A stretch of DNA of 64,000 nucleotides from Tubulanus polymorphus (taxonomy: Eukaryota; Animalia; Nemertea): contig NC_134029.1 of the NCBI RefSeq assembly GCF_964204645.1, positions 13,666,850 to 13,730,849 on the forward strand. Direction: 5' to 3'. The notes beneath the pieces were generated by a model. The model was given only the letters and a program-made list of their open reading frames with translations, was not told where the DNA came from and did not search any database. The stretch's first letter is position 1. The number at the start of each line of letters is the position of its first letter. Shown here piece after piece: positions 26,623 through 39,217 of the stretch. The position numbers and the translations under genes are program-made.

Positions 26623-29600
26623 TGTAACCTGTAACTCAACCCAGATGTGCGCCTCGGCAAGTTGTATTATCACTAGAGTTATAAAATCAGTTATATGAAT
26701 GCAGCCACAGAGGTAAGTTGTCTCTGGGCTTTATGTAGCTCCGTCCTGGTCCTCTTGACGATTTCGACATTGGTGCCGTGCCCAGGATGTCCATTAGCCC
26801 AAGTAAAACACAACATAGTGTCAATGGAGTAGATGCAATTAAGAAGCGCAACAGATAGTAGATTGCAATGGCTGAAAGCATGCTGAGACGCAGGAAGAAT
26901 GCCCGCAGCGATTTCAACGTCGCCTTCAATGGTATCGAAGGGATAGTGAATGGACCAGGAGGTCCAAGTGATACTGAAATCACAAAAACCGAAGCAACCC
27001 TTCACAAGTTGAAAGAGGCCTTCGAGAAGATTCTAGAATTCAACGATAGATTAGAAGAAGAATTAATAGGAGACGAACTCGACGCTCAGATGAGAACTGC
27101 AGCAGAGAGACGCAGAAGCGACAGAACAAAGTTGTTGGTAGTGCAAAAATTCATTGCGAATTATCGCAACAGACCACATTGCTGCCGAAATTGCGACTGC
27201 CTACCTTTGATGGCACGTTCACGAAATGGACCGCCTTTTGGGATACCATCACCGCTGAGGTTCTTGAAACAAAGTACTCCAAAATCACCAAGTTCAATTA
27301 TATAACCGGCCAGTTACACGGTTCAGCAGCCGAAGCCGTCAACAGACTGCATGCATCCGCTGAAAACTTAGAAACGTCAGTCGAGAATTTGAACGATCGT
27401 TTTGGGCAACCCCAGAAAATCGCTAGAGCCCACGTCTGCAACATCTACGATGCTGATCCACCAGCGAACAACTACGCTAGCTTAAGTTCCTTCTACAATC
27501 AATTAAACGGAGACTTAAGATCGCTTAAACATCTCGGAGTGGATATAGATGCGTGTGCACCTTTTATTGTGCTGTTAATGGGGAGAAAATTGCCCGAGAT
27601 CGTGCGCGAAAAAATGGGCAACAGCGGTCAGAACGACCAATTCGATTTGAAATTGTTTCTAAAAGCATTCGTGGATCAGTTAGAAAATCTCGGCGAGCAG
27701 GTCGGAGATAAATGCGCGATTACTGTAGTCATTCGTTGCCTCAGGTAATACAAATTACGTGAAATGCCTGCTGTGTGGGGGAGCCCACAAATTCGTGAAA
27801 TGTATGATGCAACCAGCGGAGAAGTTGGCTGCAGGGCTTGCGAAACGTTTATGTTACAACTGTTTGCGAAATAACCATCGATTGCAACAAACGTCCATTT
27901 TGTTATAAGTGTAAAGATAGGCATCACACCTGTCTTATCGACAGCTTACCAGCTCGAGACGAAAAACGAGAGAGCTCTACGAGTAGCGCCTGCGCGATGA
28001 TTCCGAGGGGTCGAACAAACCCCGACATTAAGCGAAAACGTTTCCACGGTAGTTAATTATAATTCGAGTGCGAAAACTGTCCTACTGGAGACAGGGCAGA
28101 TCACGATAGAAAACAACGGTGTCAAAAAATCAGCAAAGTTATGGTCGACCGTGGAAGTATGCGTTCTTATATTCGTAGTGAAGTAGTGGAAGCTTTGCAG
28201 TTGAAACCAAAATACACATGCCCCTTATTCGTCAATGGATTTGGCGGGCATGTTACGAAAATGGATTACGTGGTCAGTGTCCGCATTGTCACGAATGATG
28301 GAACCACATCCATCGATGCCCTAGTGACCGATAAATCGTAAAACCCATCAAGCGCAGAGGCAAATGTCTCAACCATCAGCACATAATGGAGCTGAGACTG
28401 GCGGACAATCTCAAAGATAATGATCTTACGATCGATTTACTCAGGTTGCAGTTGCATATGCGTTTTTAAGAGATACCGTTATACACGGCGCGGGTCCCTC
28501 TGCGCAAGAGAGCAGTATCGGCTACTTTCTGTCGGGTCCCGTGGATAGAATCCGAGATTCCGCGCACACGGCAGCGAGTCTAGAGGACAGCGAAAACGTA
28601 AGTGAAAAATTGAAATAAGTTCATTTTATGATGATGAAAAACTAGAACGTATTGTCAATTCGTGGTTTATTCAAAATGAAAATAGCGTTGATTTCGAAGA
28701 AGTATTCAAAAAGGAATACATCGATAAAATTCAGTTTATAGATGGCCAGTACCACGTTCCGCTACCCTGGCGGCCGGACCATCCGGAATTTAAGAATAAT
28801 TCGCCGGCTTGTCAATCAAATCAAATCAAAATGTCTGGAATCAAACAAGTAATAGCTAGATTAGGCCTACGTAAATTAGACCTTGTAGATAAATATGTAG
28901 AGGTAATGCATGAAAATATCGAGAAAAAATGCGTTTCTGAAATTCCTGAAGGGAAAATTGCCCTGTCAGAAGAAGATTACTATTTCATTCCGCACTTTCC
29001 CATTTTCAAAGAAAGTGAGACAACCCCTGTTAGGATAGTTTTCGATGCCAGCAGCGGGTCGCCATCTCTAAAGGATTGTTTATATGATGGCCCTAACATG
29101 ATAACAGATCTCGTGAAACTGTTGCAACAATTTCGAGTTAAACAGGTTGCGTTATCGGCAGACATAGCACAAGCTTTTTTGTCAGTGAAGATAGCAGAAT
29201 CTGACCGCAGGTTTATGTGGTTTAAAAACAACGACCCATTGCAGGAGCTCGTACCGTATCATTGTAACACCATGATATTTGGCAACGTTTCAAGCCCATT
29301 CGCGTAAGCTATCACTTCAAAAAACATCTGTCCAAGCATGACACGCCTGTCGCGCATGACATATCAGAGAAATTGTACGTAGACAATCTAGTCACGGGAA
29401 CGGATTGAGAAATAGATGCGCTAAATTATTACAATGAATCGTAGTATTTTGCAACAAGGATTCGTTCCTGTTACGACAATGGTTGAGCAACTCTACGAAG
29501 TTAAATGATTGTTTTAAATCGGATAATTTGAATGCGAAATCCGAAATACCCAATGTACTATGTCTCGACTGGGACATAAAGTCCGACAGTCAGTCGATCT

Positions 29601-29755
29601 CCAGCAAACGTCGTGTTAGTGCTGGCGAGGACTCGTAAACGAAGCGTTCAGTCACCTCATGTGCCGCGTACCCGGGCATCAGCATAACGTATGCTACTGA
29701 TAGCGCGATAGCTTTATATTGGATTAAATCGGACAAAAAGATGAAACCATTTGTA
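26623..29755 (+). mobile_element. BEL/Pao LTR retrotransposon, 5' part, decayed
   Basis: The LTR ends ...CA at 26769, followed by PBS TGGTGCCGTG(c)CCAGGAT (tRNA-His-like). Gag LPKLRLPTFDG...W..FW, zinc knuckles, protease VDRGSMRSYI, RT PH..I....TT..RIVFDAS / ADIAQAFL / LYVDNL, and an RNase H remnant TDSAIALYWI. The LTR start is approximate. Confidence 0.88.
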
Positions 29756-30211
29756 TGTTGATGGGCCCTGGGGGGATTCACATATATCCGAAAGATCAAG
29801 GTAATTGATCGAAGCGTCTTCAAAATTTCCCTCAAAAAGTTCAAAAATGTGTAAAAAGTGCTGATTTTGCCGAACAACAATGGCTGCCAGTCGGCCATCT
29901 TGATTCTGACAGGGCCAGTTTTTGGCTGAAGATGTGTCTAGGTTAGATACATGTATGAACCAAATATCAAGACATTACCTTGAAGCGTCTTCAAAACTTC
30001 CCAAAATAACTGGATTCCGTCTATGGACGACTGAAAAGTGAACGCAATAGCCCGCTGGGACTGAAGTCCCAAGTGGGCTAAAAAGTGGATATGGGGGATT
30101 TTTTACCTAGGGGGGATTTTTACCGGGGGGATATTTAACGGGGGGATTTTTACCTACATTCCCATCAGCTCTGCTGACCTTCGGTCAAAGCGGAGCTAAC
30201 AATCAACTTAC

Positions 30212-30864
30212 CCAGTTCTCCACTGTTTTGCCTTTTCGAACACCAAGAGCAAATAAACTAAATTCTTTCAAGTCTTCATATGGTTCATCTAACAACTCCT
30301 TGAACCTGATATCATAGAAAAGATTATTCCGAAAACACGGAGTCTTGAATCGAGCGATGGGTTTTCGTAACTGCAATGATTCTTCAATATCCTCAATCAC
30401 ATGTGGAGATGCTGTTGCAGTTAAAGCGACCCATGGAACATTCGGAAACCTTTTATGGACAGAGCCTAGTTTAAGATAATCCGGTCTGAAGTCATGTCCC
30501 CATTGAGATACACAATGAGCCTCATCCACGATGAAATATTTCAATAGCTTACGGTTATTCAAGATTGCAGCTATGTTTTGGAATGTACTGGTCTGAGCTT
30601 GTTCAGGAGTTATATAGAGCAAGCGTATGCAAGGTCGTTTACTGGTTAAATCGTCAGATATTCGCAGCCTGTGTTTACTACTGATTTTTGAGTTTAATGT
30701 ATCTGCTGGAATTTTGTATCTATCCAAGTGATCCAACTGATCTTGTATTAAAGCTATCAATGGACTGATGACTATTGTAACACCCATGTTGAGCATAGCT
30801 GGTAGCTGATAACACAGTGATTTTCCCGCTCCAGTAGGCATTGATATGAATACGTCCAGTTGCC
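30212..30864 (-). CDS. RECQL5: RECQL5 coding exon 2 (DEAH helicase domain)
   Basis: Contains [14 protein letters not shown] (motif I), [34 protein letters not shown] and the RECQL5-typical [13 protein letters not shown]. It has a polypyrimidine-AG acceptor (ttttccttag|GG) and a TGG|gtaag donor. Confidence 0.95.
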
Positions 30865-31051
30865 CTAAGGAAAAATAAAAGAAGAAGTTAATTTTGAATG
30901 AATGGCGAAATCTGCACCCTACGTGACAAAATGAACTAAATGATTACCTTTTTAATGCCGAGAATTTAATGATTTGATTTGCTCTTTTTGCTAAGATAGA
31001 GACTTCAAATAAAGCCACAAAGGTGCAACTAAGCAGGGTAGGGGGTGGCAC

Positions 31052-31145
31052 TCCCACCATAAGAAAGGGTAAGTTCTACTGAGAAATACAAATTAAGTTC
31101 TAAAATTAGTGATATGTCCTTCGAGTTCTGTACCATTTCCTCTGG
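31052..31145. mobile_element. Isolated relic of a DIRS internal complementary region
   Basis: tcccaccataagaaagggtaagttctactgagaaatacaaatt...tcgagttctgtacc closely parallels 20565-20650. Confidence 0.7.
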
Positions 31146-32962
31146 TATCGTGAGGTTAGAGGGAATAACTTGCCCATGGGCCAAGTAGTTTTACCTTGAA
31201 AACTGAAGCTTTGTTTGAAGTTAGGGCATGCTTATGGAGTCTTTTTAATTCTTAAGTTCCAAGTTAAATTTCATATTGTATATATCTTTTTCAAAGAATT
31301 CATATGATATCACCAATCAAAGGGCTGAATAGTGAGTCATAGCAACCTCTTCCCATGTAAGGCCGCAGAAGCTACAGGAACCGTAAACTAGGGGTCCAGG
31401 GACACCATGGCCACTTGGGAATTGGTTTAAATGCTCAACAATCTAACAATTTCAAAATTTAACGCCCCCTGGTGACCAAATACAAAAACCAATGACCTTG
31501 AAAATCACCACAATCATAGAACATGTCAGCAGCTACGATTTTTTAATTGATTGTGATAACAAAATATGCCTTGTCACCAATTAAATATGGAAATACTATG
31601 TTATTCTACTATTCTACTGTTAAAGGTAATTGATCAAAGCGTCTTCAAAATTTCCCTCAAAAAGTTCAGATATGTGTAAAAAGTGCTGATTTTGGCGAAC
31701 AACAATGGCTGCCAGTCGGCCATCTTGATTCTGAAAAGGCCAGTTTTTGAGCTGAAGATGTGCCTAGGGTAGATACATGTATAAACCAAATATCAAGACA
31801 TTACCTTGAAGCGTCTTCAAAACTTCCCAAAATAACTGGATTCCGTCTATGGACGGACGAAAAGTGAACGCAATAGCCCGCTGGGACTGAAGTCCCAAGT
31901 GGGCTAAAAAGTGGATATGGGAGATTTGTGTAACCCAAATATCAAGACATTACATTGAAGCATTTTCAAAACTTCGCAAAATAACTGGATTCCGTCTACG
32001 GACCGATGGACGAACAGATGAAAAGTGAACGCAATAGCCCACTGGGACTAACGTCCCAAGTGGGCTAATAAAGTTAATTTTCTAAATGTTCCCAATTTTA
32101 TTCATGTTAAATTAAATTATCTTTAATTAAGTCCACCGCACATGGGAGGTAAAGTACATGCCGGTGCATTTTATATAGACTATGAATGTCTGCAACTTCT
32201 GTTTAATCAATGTAAAAACAAGGAAGCTTCATATAAAATGCTCACGACAGCTTTCTATCACAACAGTAGACACACACTGACAGCAGTGATGTAACAGTAG
32301 TGACATAACAGGAAAGACACTCTTGAGTCCGATCGATCCAATTTTTCTTATGGTGATGGGCCCTTGGGGGATTCAAATATATACGAAAGATCAAGGTCAT
32401 TGATTTAAGTGTCTTCAAAATTTGCCTCAAAAAGTTCAAAAAGTGTAAAAAGTGCCGATTTTGACGAACAACAATGGCTGCCAGTCGGCCATCTTGATTG
32501 TGAGAGGGCCAGTTTTTGGGCTGAAGATGTGTCTAGGGTAGATACATGTATAATCCAAATATCAAGACATTACCTTGAAGCGTGTTCAATACTTCCCAAA
32601 ATAACTGGATTCCGTCTACGGACGGACGGACGGACGAAAAGTGAACGCAATAGCCCGCTGGGACTAACGTCCCAAGTGGGCTAAAAAATTTTGACTTGAA
32701 ATACATAATCTCGGTTAGCAATAAAATTTCATTGAATTTGATTGATCGACAATCTCATCACGGTAAAGTTAAAAGTCTTCCAATCTTAAATTTTTCTACA
32801 AAAATATCCGACAGAATATGTAAAATATGACTCCAGCAGGCATTTATTACTGATATAATATGATTTTAAGTGTTAAAATCGATAAGGAATAAATAAATAT
32901 GTTATACTCCTAGGGATAGGATAAGGGTAAAGTGAGGTACTATAGTCGGTTGGTTTTCAGCA

Positions 32963-33025
32963 AGCTTGGTGGTCTAGTGGTATGACACTGCACTAGAAAT
33001 TTACTGGGCTGGGTTTGAGTCTCGC
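32963..33025 (+). repeat. Degenerate tRNA-like SINE head
   Basis: A-box tggtctagtgg and a degenerate B-box ggtttgagtct. No cloverleaf. Confidence 0.4.
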
Positions 33026-33261
33026 TCTATCCGCTCTATTTTCTCCAAACTTTCCTTGAATTTTCTATGTCGCCCACCTCTGTGCACATGTGCAGCGTAA
33101 ATCAGCAACGATTTACGGTAAAATAGCGGAAATAAATACTCAACCTGAACGATAAAATAAATATCCGCTGCAAAAATAAAAATTTTGGGAAGGGGGTACG
33201 AAATTGCATTCAATTAGTGCCCAAAGCTCGATCTGACAAAGAATTGGCTCCATTGGGCCAA

Positions 33262-34167
33262 CAGGGGTTTGGCGATGGTCTTGGATTCTATTTCTGGGTT
33301 GTTGATAATCTTGCGGGAATGGCGCTAAATATGAACTGCGAATAGATTCAAAATATCACGGAAATACCTTGTGTTTATATTGTTTATTTATCCGCTATAA
33401 AGTTCCAATAAAAAATTGGTCGTTAAGGATCATTATCAGACGGTCGCCACGCTTTACTATATAAAATCACAAGGGATGAAACACCTTCAAGTCATGCCAG
33501 CCAGAAAGTTGGGACAGTCACGTGACTTTACGCTTCTTATTTGACTGAATGCGAACCTGAAGCATCTAAGATGGAAACTATGATACGAAAAATATTTGAG
33601 AATAACTTACATTCAAATGCATTTTTTGTCTATGAATTATATATTTGATCATAATTTATTTTTTATAAGTCAGGATTCATAGTTGTCAGGCCTTGGTCAA
33701 AATCAAAGACTAATCATCACCTTTGAAAAGTGAAAATCAATACTTATTTCATCAAATGCGCAAATCATCAACTGTCACGCCAAAACTTAGTCTATACAGG
33801 CCTGTAGGCAACCTAGGGGAACGCGCCCCCTCACTAGGCGACTAGTCAAAAGTTTTGAGCTACTACGATCGTCAAAAGCTACTACGATCGTCAATATTAA
33901 CCTTATATGAGCACTTTCGCCCTAGACGTTGTTTCAGGAACAACGGCTAGGTACTAGACTATAGATTAACCATAACACTATTCTTTAATAACACTAGCGC
34001 CACACAGTGGAAAGGTGACCCAAACTGCAGTTAAACCAACAAGATAAACACGAGGTATTTCCGTGAAATTTTGAATTTATTCCCAGTTCATATTTAGCGC
34101 CATTCCCGCGAGATTATCAAACAAACCCGGAAATAGAGTCCAATCCAAGCCCATCGCTAAACCCCTG
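33262..34167. repeat. Inverted repeat pair of about 120 bp (33262-33378 and 34044-34167)
   Basis: Reverse-complement similarity with CAGGGGTTT...AAACCCCTG termini. No clear TSD. Confidence 0.7.
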
Positions 34168-34309
34168 TGCTTGGGCCTTGACTTTTTATAAATAGTACCT
34201 AGGAATAGTAGGATACTTGGGTCAAAAACTTTTTGTGTCAGGCCCCTGAGCCAGTGGCAAAATATCACCTGCCTATTCATATATGGCCTGCCCTAAGCGT
34301 CTTACTGAC

Positions 34310-34421
34310 CCCTTGCAACTGCGCATACTGCCTCGCGTTGCAGATCACTTTTATATTCTCTGTGACCGAACACATCCTGTAGAATTTGAAGAGCTTTCCT
34401 GTGCAAGGGTTCGTCATCCAT
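34310..34421 (-). CDS. RECQL5: RecQ helicase RECQL5, coding exon 1
   Basis: Manual translation MDDEPLHRKALQILQDVFGHREYKSDLQREAVCAVAR-G matches the RECQL5 N-terminus pattern (L..VFG...FK..LQ..A..AV..G). It ends at a phase-1 GT donor (G|gtcag) compatible with the next exon. Too short for the ORF track. Confidence 0.88.
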
Positions 34422-35009
34422 AGCAGTATTATGTAACACTAACAGGGCAATGTTCGCAGGGTAACAAACCAACCCAGACTACGAACGAGCACTTATAAGT
34501 GGCTTATTGCTGTAGTCTATGGAGGCTGGTGTTACGATTTGCCGTGTGTGTTACCAATAAAGTTTGAATTGAACTGGTTAGACTGGTTGCCGCTCTTCGT
34601 CCCTACTAAAAACCGACCAGAACCTACCGAAGCCGATTGTAGAGACTGGATGGGCATTTGTTTGAAATCGGTTTGTATAAACCGGTTTACATCGGTTTAT
34701 TCCGTCATAAACCGGTTTGCCGTAGAGTGAACAAATGCGACAGAACGAAAAGTTGGGGTTCAAGAGTCAGCTGACCGCATAAATTTCCTCATCGTCTTTG
34801 TTCAGTCGTACATTATGAGAATGCCGGTTTGCTAGCGTATCTATTTAACACCCGTATTGCTCGGGTTAGTTTTACTATCAACGGGTGGCGCTGTATGTAA
34901 ATTTCACATAAATCAACGACTTTCGGCTATTAGCGGTACTTAAGACCACTTGAAAACATCGTAGTCAATTACGGTAGTAGTGAACATAAAAAGATACAGT
35001 ACAAAGATA

Positions 35010-38000
35010 CAGTAAGGTAACGTGGGGTGACTTGGCCATATGTCTTTAAAATCAGATATTCTTAATCACTTGATTGCATAATCATTCCCCCAATTATTAT
35101 GTTTGATAGTATGGACCATAGGTTATCTTGTACCTGTCATTAGTTAGCCAAAGTGCTATGGATGATTTGTATAATCAGGAGTAAACGGGAATTATTGTGT
35201 GACCAAGTCACCCCATACAACATGGGTGACTTGGTCAGTGCATGGGGTGAATTGGTCATATTAGCTATAATACATGTATATGACAACCCATGGCCCTACC
35301 CTCAGGAGAAGTTTTATTCTGACCGGTGTAAAATGTTTTTACCCACCGGTACCTTGGTCAAAAGATAAAAAGGATGGTTTTGCGATTGCAGAGATCTCCT
35401 ATAAGCTTAGTAGAAGTGTTCCGCAATTACTTCTGCAATCATAGGTTACTTGTGGACCACTGACCATTATACTGAACAAGATCATGCTGCGACTAAATTC
35501 ATTGTTGTTAATGACTAGTAGGCTTGGGTAGTAAATGGGTCTGTTTCTGGATCCCTTGATTAGACAGTCACATGCAGAAAATCCTGTTTTCCGATATAAT
35601 ACAACGGTATGCTAGAATAAAAACGCTACAAATAGGGTGTAATGTTTGTGGTGTTTTCATTCTAGCATAATAACTTCAGGAAACCTTGATAACTCTGACG
35701 TTACAGGGTTAAATCCCATGCTCTATAAAAACCATAGTCTGAACTGAAAATGACTCTCTCTTGAATAAAAGTAATGAAGGCTGATGGAATGTAATCTTTC
35801 AAACAGAACCTTGCTATATTTTTTTATATCTGACAGAATACCTCATAAATCTATGCTATATACATGCATTATCAACTTTTCACATAAGTACAGTTGTGTG
35901 TTATGCCAGAATTTATTCAAATCTATTCATAGACAATCTTATTCAAGAACACTAAACAATCAAATTTTAGTAAAATTCTAACGATCAACAAAACATGAAT
36001 AACGGCAACTAATTGCTATATAACGATAAAACACAAGTACGTAGAACAATATTATTCACCATACTCATCACACCATTTCGAAAAACATTTCTCTATGAGG
36101 GCCAGCTTTTCTGATGTCACACCTACAAATCGTGAACCAACATTGATGATATCTGACTCAGAGATGGAACAGAGAATATCTTCCTTACAGGTTTCCAGAA
36201 TATCATCCTTAGGTGGTGACGAGAACCTATTCACCCCATGCCATCGTTTATACTTTAAGAATACAGTTGGAGAAATTGCTGGACTTGATTTCAACACTGT
36301 CGTGACATACCACTTTTGATTATAGACTGCAATAACAAATTTTCCAATTTCATACTCTCTAGCTATCATGTTCTCCATTTGGCCAATCATATCGCTATCA
36401 TTTTCCAGTTGACCGATGTCGTCATCACTATCATCATCAATTTCCGGTTCTTCTTCATTACCATCTTCAGAATCAGACACATTTTCCTTGTTTCCGTTCA
36501 CTTTTTTTCTTATTTTTGAGTTTGGTTTCTTTTTTTTAGCTCTCTTCTGTTCTTTCTTTTGTTCTTCCTGTTCGAGCCGCTCAACAACGTCATTTACTGT
36601 GAGACATTCAGCAAATTTCCTGTCTAGTCTTTTTCTCTTCTTCGGAGGCTCAGGAGCAGAATACTTGAAATGATCAAGCAATGCCTTCTCAAGACTAGAT
36701 TTTGGACTGAGGACATCAGAGTTTTGCGATCTTTCCGGACGAGGGGTGATGACGTTGCTACCAGGTGGCTTACTATGGACTTCAGCAGTTACAGTGATTG
36801 TACTTGGGCCTTCTCTGAATTGTGTACTCGAGCGTAGAAGGTCTCTCGGTTGAACGGATATATTCTCACGGGATCTTGAGGCATCAGTTCTGGTTATCTC
36901 GTTGTCGTTAGTTACAGTTTCAGTGGGAGTTTCAGGCAAAGCGCAAGATGTCTTGAGTAGTTCATCGCCTATCTTGGTTTTATCAAGCGGGTATATTCCA
37001 CATTTCTCAAATGCGTTGATTGCATTCATTCGCGACATACAACTAGATTGGTGGACTTTATTCAGGAGGGAAGGGAATGTAGCTTTATCTACAGATTTAA
37101 ACCTAGTTGATACGTAGTGTTCATTTAGAACCTTCCGCCAACTTTGTTTTAGCGCCTTATATACCCCTACATCAAGTGGTTGAAGAATACTACTAGTGTG
37201 CGCTGGTATGCAAAAGATGATCACATCATTCTGCATAGCCAGGTTCAGCACATCCAAATTGATGTGAGAATTGTGTCCATCATATAACAGTAACTTTTTT
37301 CCAGGTATGGTTTTGGTCTCTTCTAGAAAAACTTTCTTAAACCATTCAGAAAATTGAGGAGTTTCCATCCATCCAGAGTCTGATACGTTATATCTCGCTC
37401 GCTCAGGCCCACCAGTGCACCAAGACTCATACAAGTTCTTTGCTTTGTAGACAACATAAGGTGCTAGAAAATTACCATCAGCAGAACAACATTCAACAAC
37501 TGTGTACATAGTTTTGGTACTAGAACCAACCGTTACGTGTGGGTTTTTATCACCTCGTCGACATAGGACTTTTTTCGAGCCAATGTCAGTTTGAAAGCCT
37601 GTTTCATCCATATTGAAGATATGACCTGGACTATGCAGCAGCTGGTTTTCATCTAACAGTTTTTCTAATTTCATAAAGAAATCATCCACTATTTTCTGAG
37701 AACATGCTTCGGCACGATTGAGAGGGAAATTCTGTGCAATCCGACGCGATATTTTAGACTTATGGCGCTCTTCAAATAGTCTCATCCAATCCAACCCTGG
37801 TAGATCGCCTTTAAATTGGTTTTTTCTTCCTAGGCCTCTTATAAAATCTCTCACGATCAATCTTATATCATTGCGATCTAAACCAAAGCCCCAATCGCTG
37901 AGGATTTGCAACGAATGAACAACCAACTCCTCTTCTTCCGCTGTGAGAACTGTCTGTCCTCCTGGTTTTTTTATTTCTTCGCCACGTCTGTATGCCTCCA

Positions 38001-39217
38001 GATGTCTACGTAAAGAAGTACGACTAACATGGAATAATTCTGCTGCTTTCTTTTTTGAGAGACCATCTTCGCAGGCTTGAATGGCCGCCTGCATATCACC
38101 AGCATCATAGCAATTGTATGGGCGCCCACCAACTTTTTTAACATAATCTCGTGGCATCCCTGAAAATAAAGACGAAAAATACTTAGATAATAAGGTATTT
38201 TGAATGTAGGTAATAATCCCACCGGTAAATATCCCCCCGGTAAAAATCCGACATGGGAAAAATCCCCCCCCCCCAGATCAGTTTTCTATCAAACTTAAGT
38301 ATAAAACCTAAATAGTAGTATTGTAAAAACAGATAATAGTTTTTACAATACTACTTAGGGTACGTAGATATTTCACCATTACAAACTAGATTTCTTTATA
38401 GAAATTATCAAAACTACGATAATGTGATTTTTATGCATGTTGGTAGCTAAAAGTCACAGAATAATGTCATTTCTATGCACGTAGCTTGGTAAAAGTCACA
38501 GATTATCCAAGGTGAATATTGTGAAAAACGCCATGGAAAATGTGAAATTTTTGAAAACTATTCAAGTTTTTCAACATAAGAATATAGAAGTATTTTTATT
38601 GAATTTTGCTGTGAAATCAAATTTGGGGGGGGGGGTTACCTGTTTACCTGTTACCAGGTATTGTACTACAAAAACAAATTTGTGATAGTATACAGTAGGC
38701 TAGATCCCAGTAGACCTACCGATGATTGCACCTTATCAGCTTATAAGGTTTAGCACATCAGTTATTATCCAAGAGTTTATACATAGACCACTTGTTATAT
38801 AGGTACAAGCGTGGGGTGACATGGCCACCGTGGCCAAGTCACCCCAAAACAAGTAATTTCTTGATTACATCAAAGTATAAAATACCTTGCAGAAGATTCA
38901 ATTTCTAAATTATACGTCACTAACTAACTAATTATAATGACACATAACAATTCAGTTCCAGTGCTCATGATTACAAGTTTTTCCTACCTTAATTCCTTGA
39001 CTTCACAGCGTGAGTTTGCAGTCCGCCATTTTGAATATCTTCAAGTCACATGACTGGTCATGTGACTTCTTGACAATTATCAATTTATAATACAGTACGA
39101 TCATGACAATAAAACTATATCACAAAGAAAATAATAAGCACAGTTTGATTTTTTGGGTCGTGCCTTCTTAATTTTTTATTGATTATGGTGGCCAAATCAC
39201 CCCACGTTACCTTACGG
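35010..39217 (-). mobile_element. pogo/Fot-like DNA transposon, apparently full length
   Basis: 29-bp TIRs cagtaaggtaacgtggggtgacttggcca with 2 mismatches, TA on the left and TG on the right. Internal copies of the ggggtgacttggYca motif occur at 35199-35258 and 38811-38846. Confidence 0.9.
36052..38157 (-). CDS. pogo/Fot-like transposase, 701 aa (HTH_psq, CENP-B HTH, DDE_1)
   Basis: Uninterrupted ORF with FNMDETG, LLYDGHNSH and QPLDVG. There are 35 residues between the second and third Asp (DD35D). Confidence 0.92.
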   Translation of the reverse strand: MPRDYVKKVGGRPYNCYDAGDMQAAIQACEDGLSKKKAAELFHVSRTSLRRHLEAYRRGEEIKKPGGQTVLTAEEEELVVHSLQILSDWGFGLDRNDIRLIVRDFIRGLGRKNQFKGDLPGLDWMRLFEERHKSKISRRIAQNFPLNRAEACSQKIVDDFFMKLEKLLDENQLLHSPGHIFNMDETGFQTDIGSKKVLCRRGDKNPHVTVGSSTKTMYTVVECCSADGNFLAPYVVYKAKNLYESWCTGGPERARYNVSDSGWMETPQFSEWFKKVFLEETKTIPGKKLLLYDGHNSHINLDVLNLAMQNDVIIFCIPAHTSSILQPLDVGVYKALKQSWRKVLNEHYVSTRFKSVDKATFPSLLNKVHQSSCMSRMNAINAFEKCGIYPLDKTKIGDELLKTSCALPETPTETVTNDNEITRTDASRSRENISVQPRDLLRSSTQFREGPSTITVTAEVHSKPPGSNVITPRPERSQNSDVLSPKSSLEKALLDHFKYSAPEPPKKRKRLDRKFAECLTVNDVVERLEQEEQKKEQKRAKKKKPNSKIRKKVNGNKENVSDSEDGNEEEPEIDDDSDDDIGQLENDSDMIGQMENMIAREYEIGKFVIAVYNQKWYVTTVLKSSPAISPTVFLKYKRWHGVNRFSSPPKDDILETCKEDILCSISESDIINVGSRFVGVTSEKLALIEKCFSKWCDEYGE

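Larger units (their letters stand above)
29759..32688 (+). repeat. Four copies of a Helentron/HINE-like element 3' part (29759-30084, 31623-31910, 31933-32070, 32354-32688)
   Basis: Near-identical bodies with a (GGAC)n microsatellite and a terminal hairpin agcccgctgggac..gtcccaagtgggct plus an A-run. The interval also spans RECQL5 exon 2. Confidence 0.75.

Noticed and set aside
34422-35009. Divergent head-to-head gene upstream of RECQL5 (SAP30BP in vertebrates)
   Set aside because: No recognisable coding exon on the plus strand.
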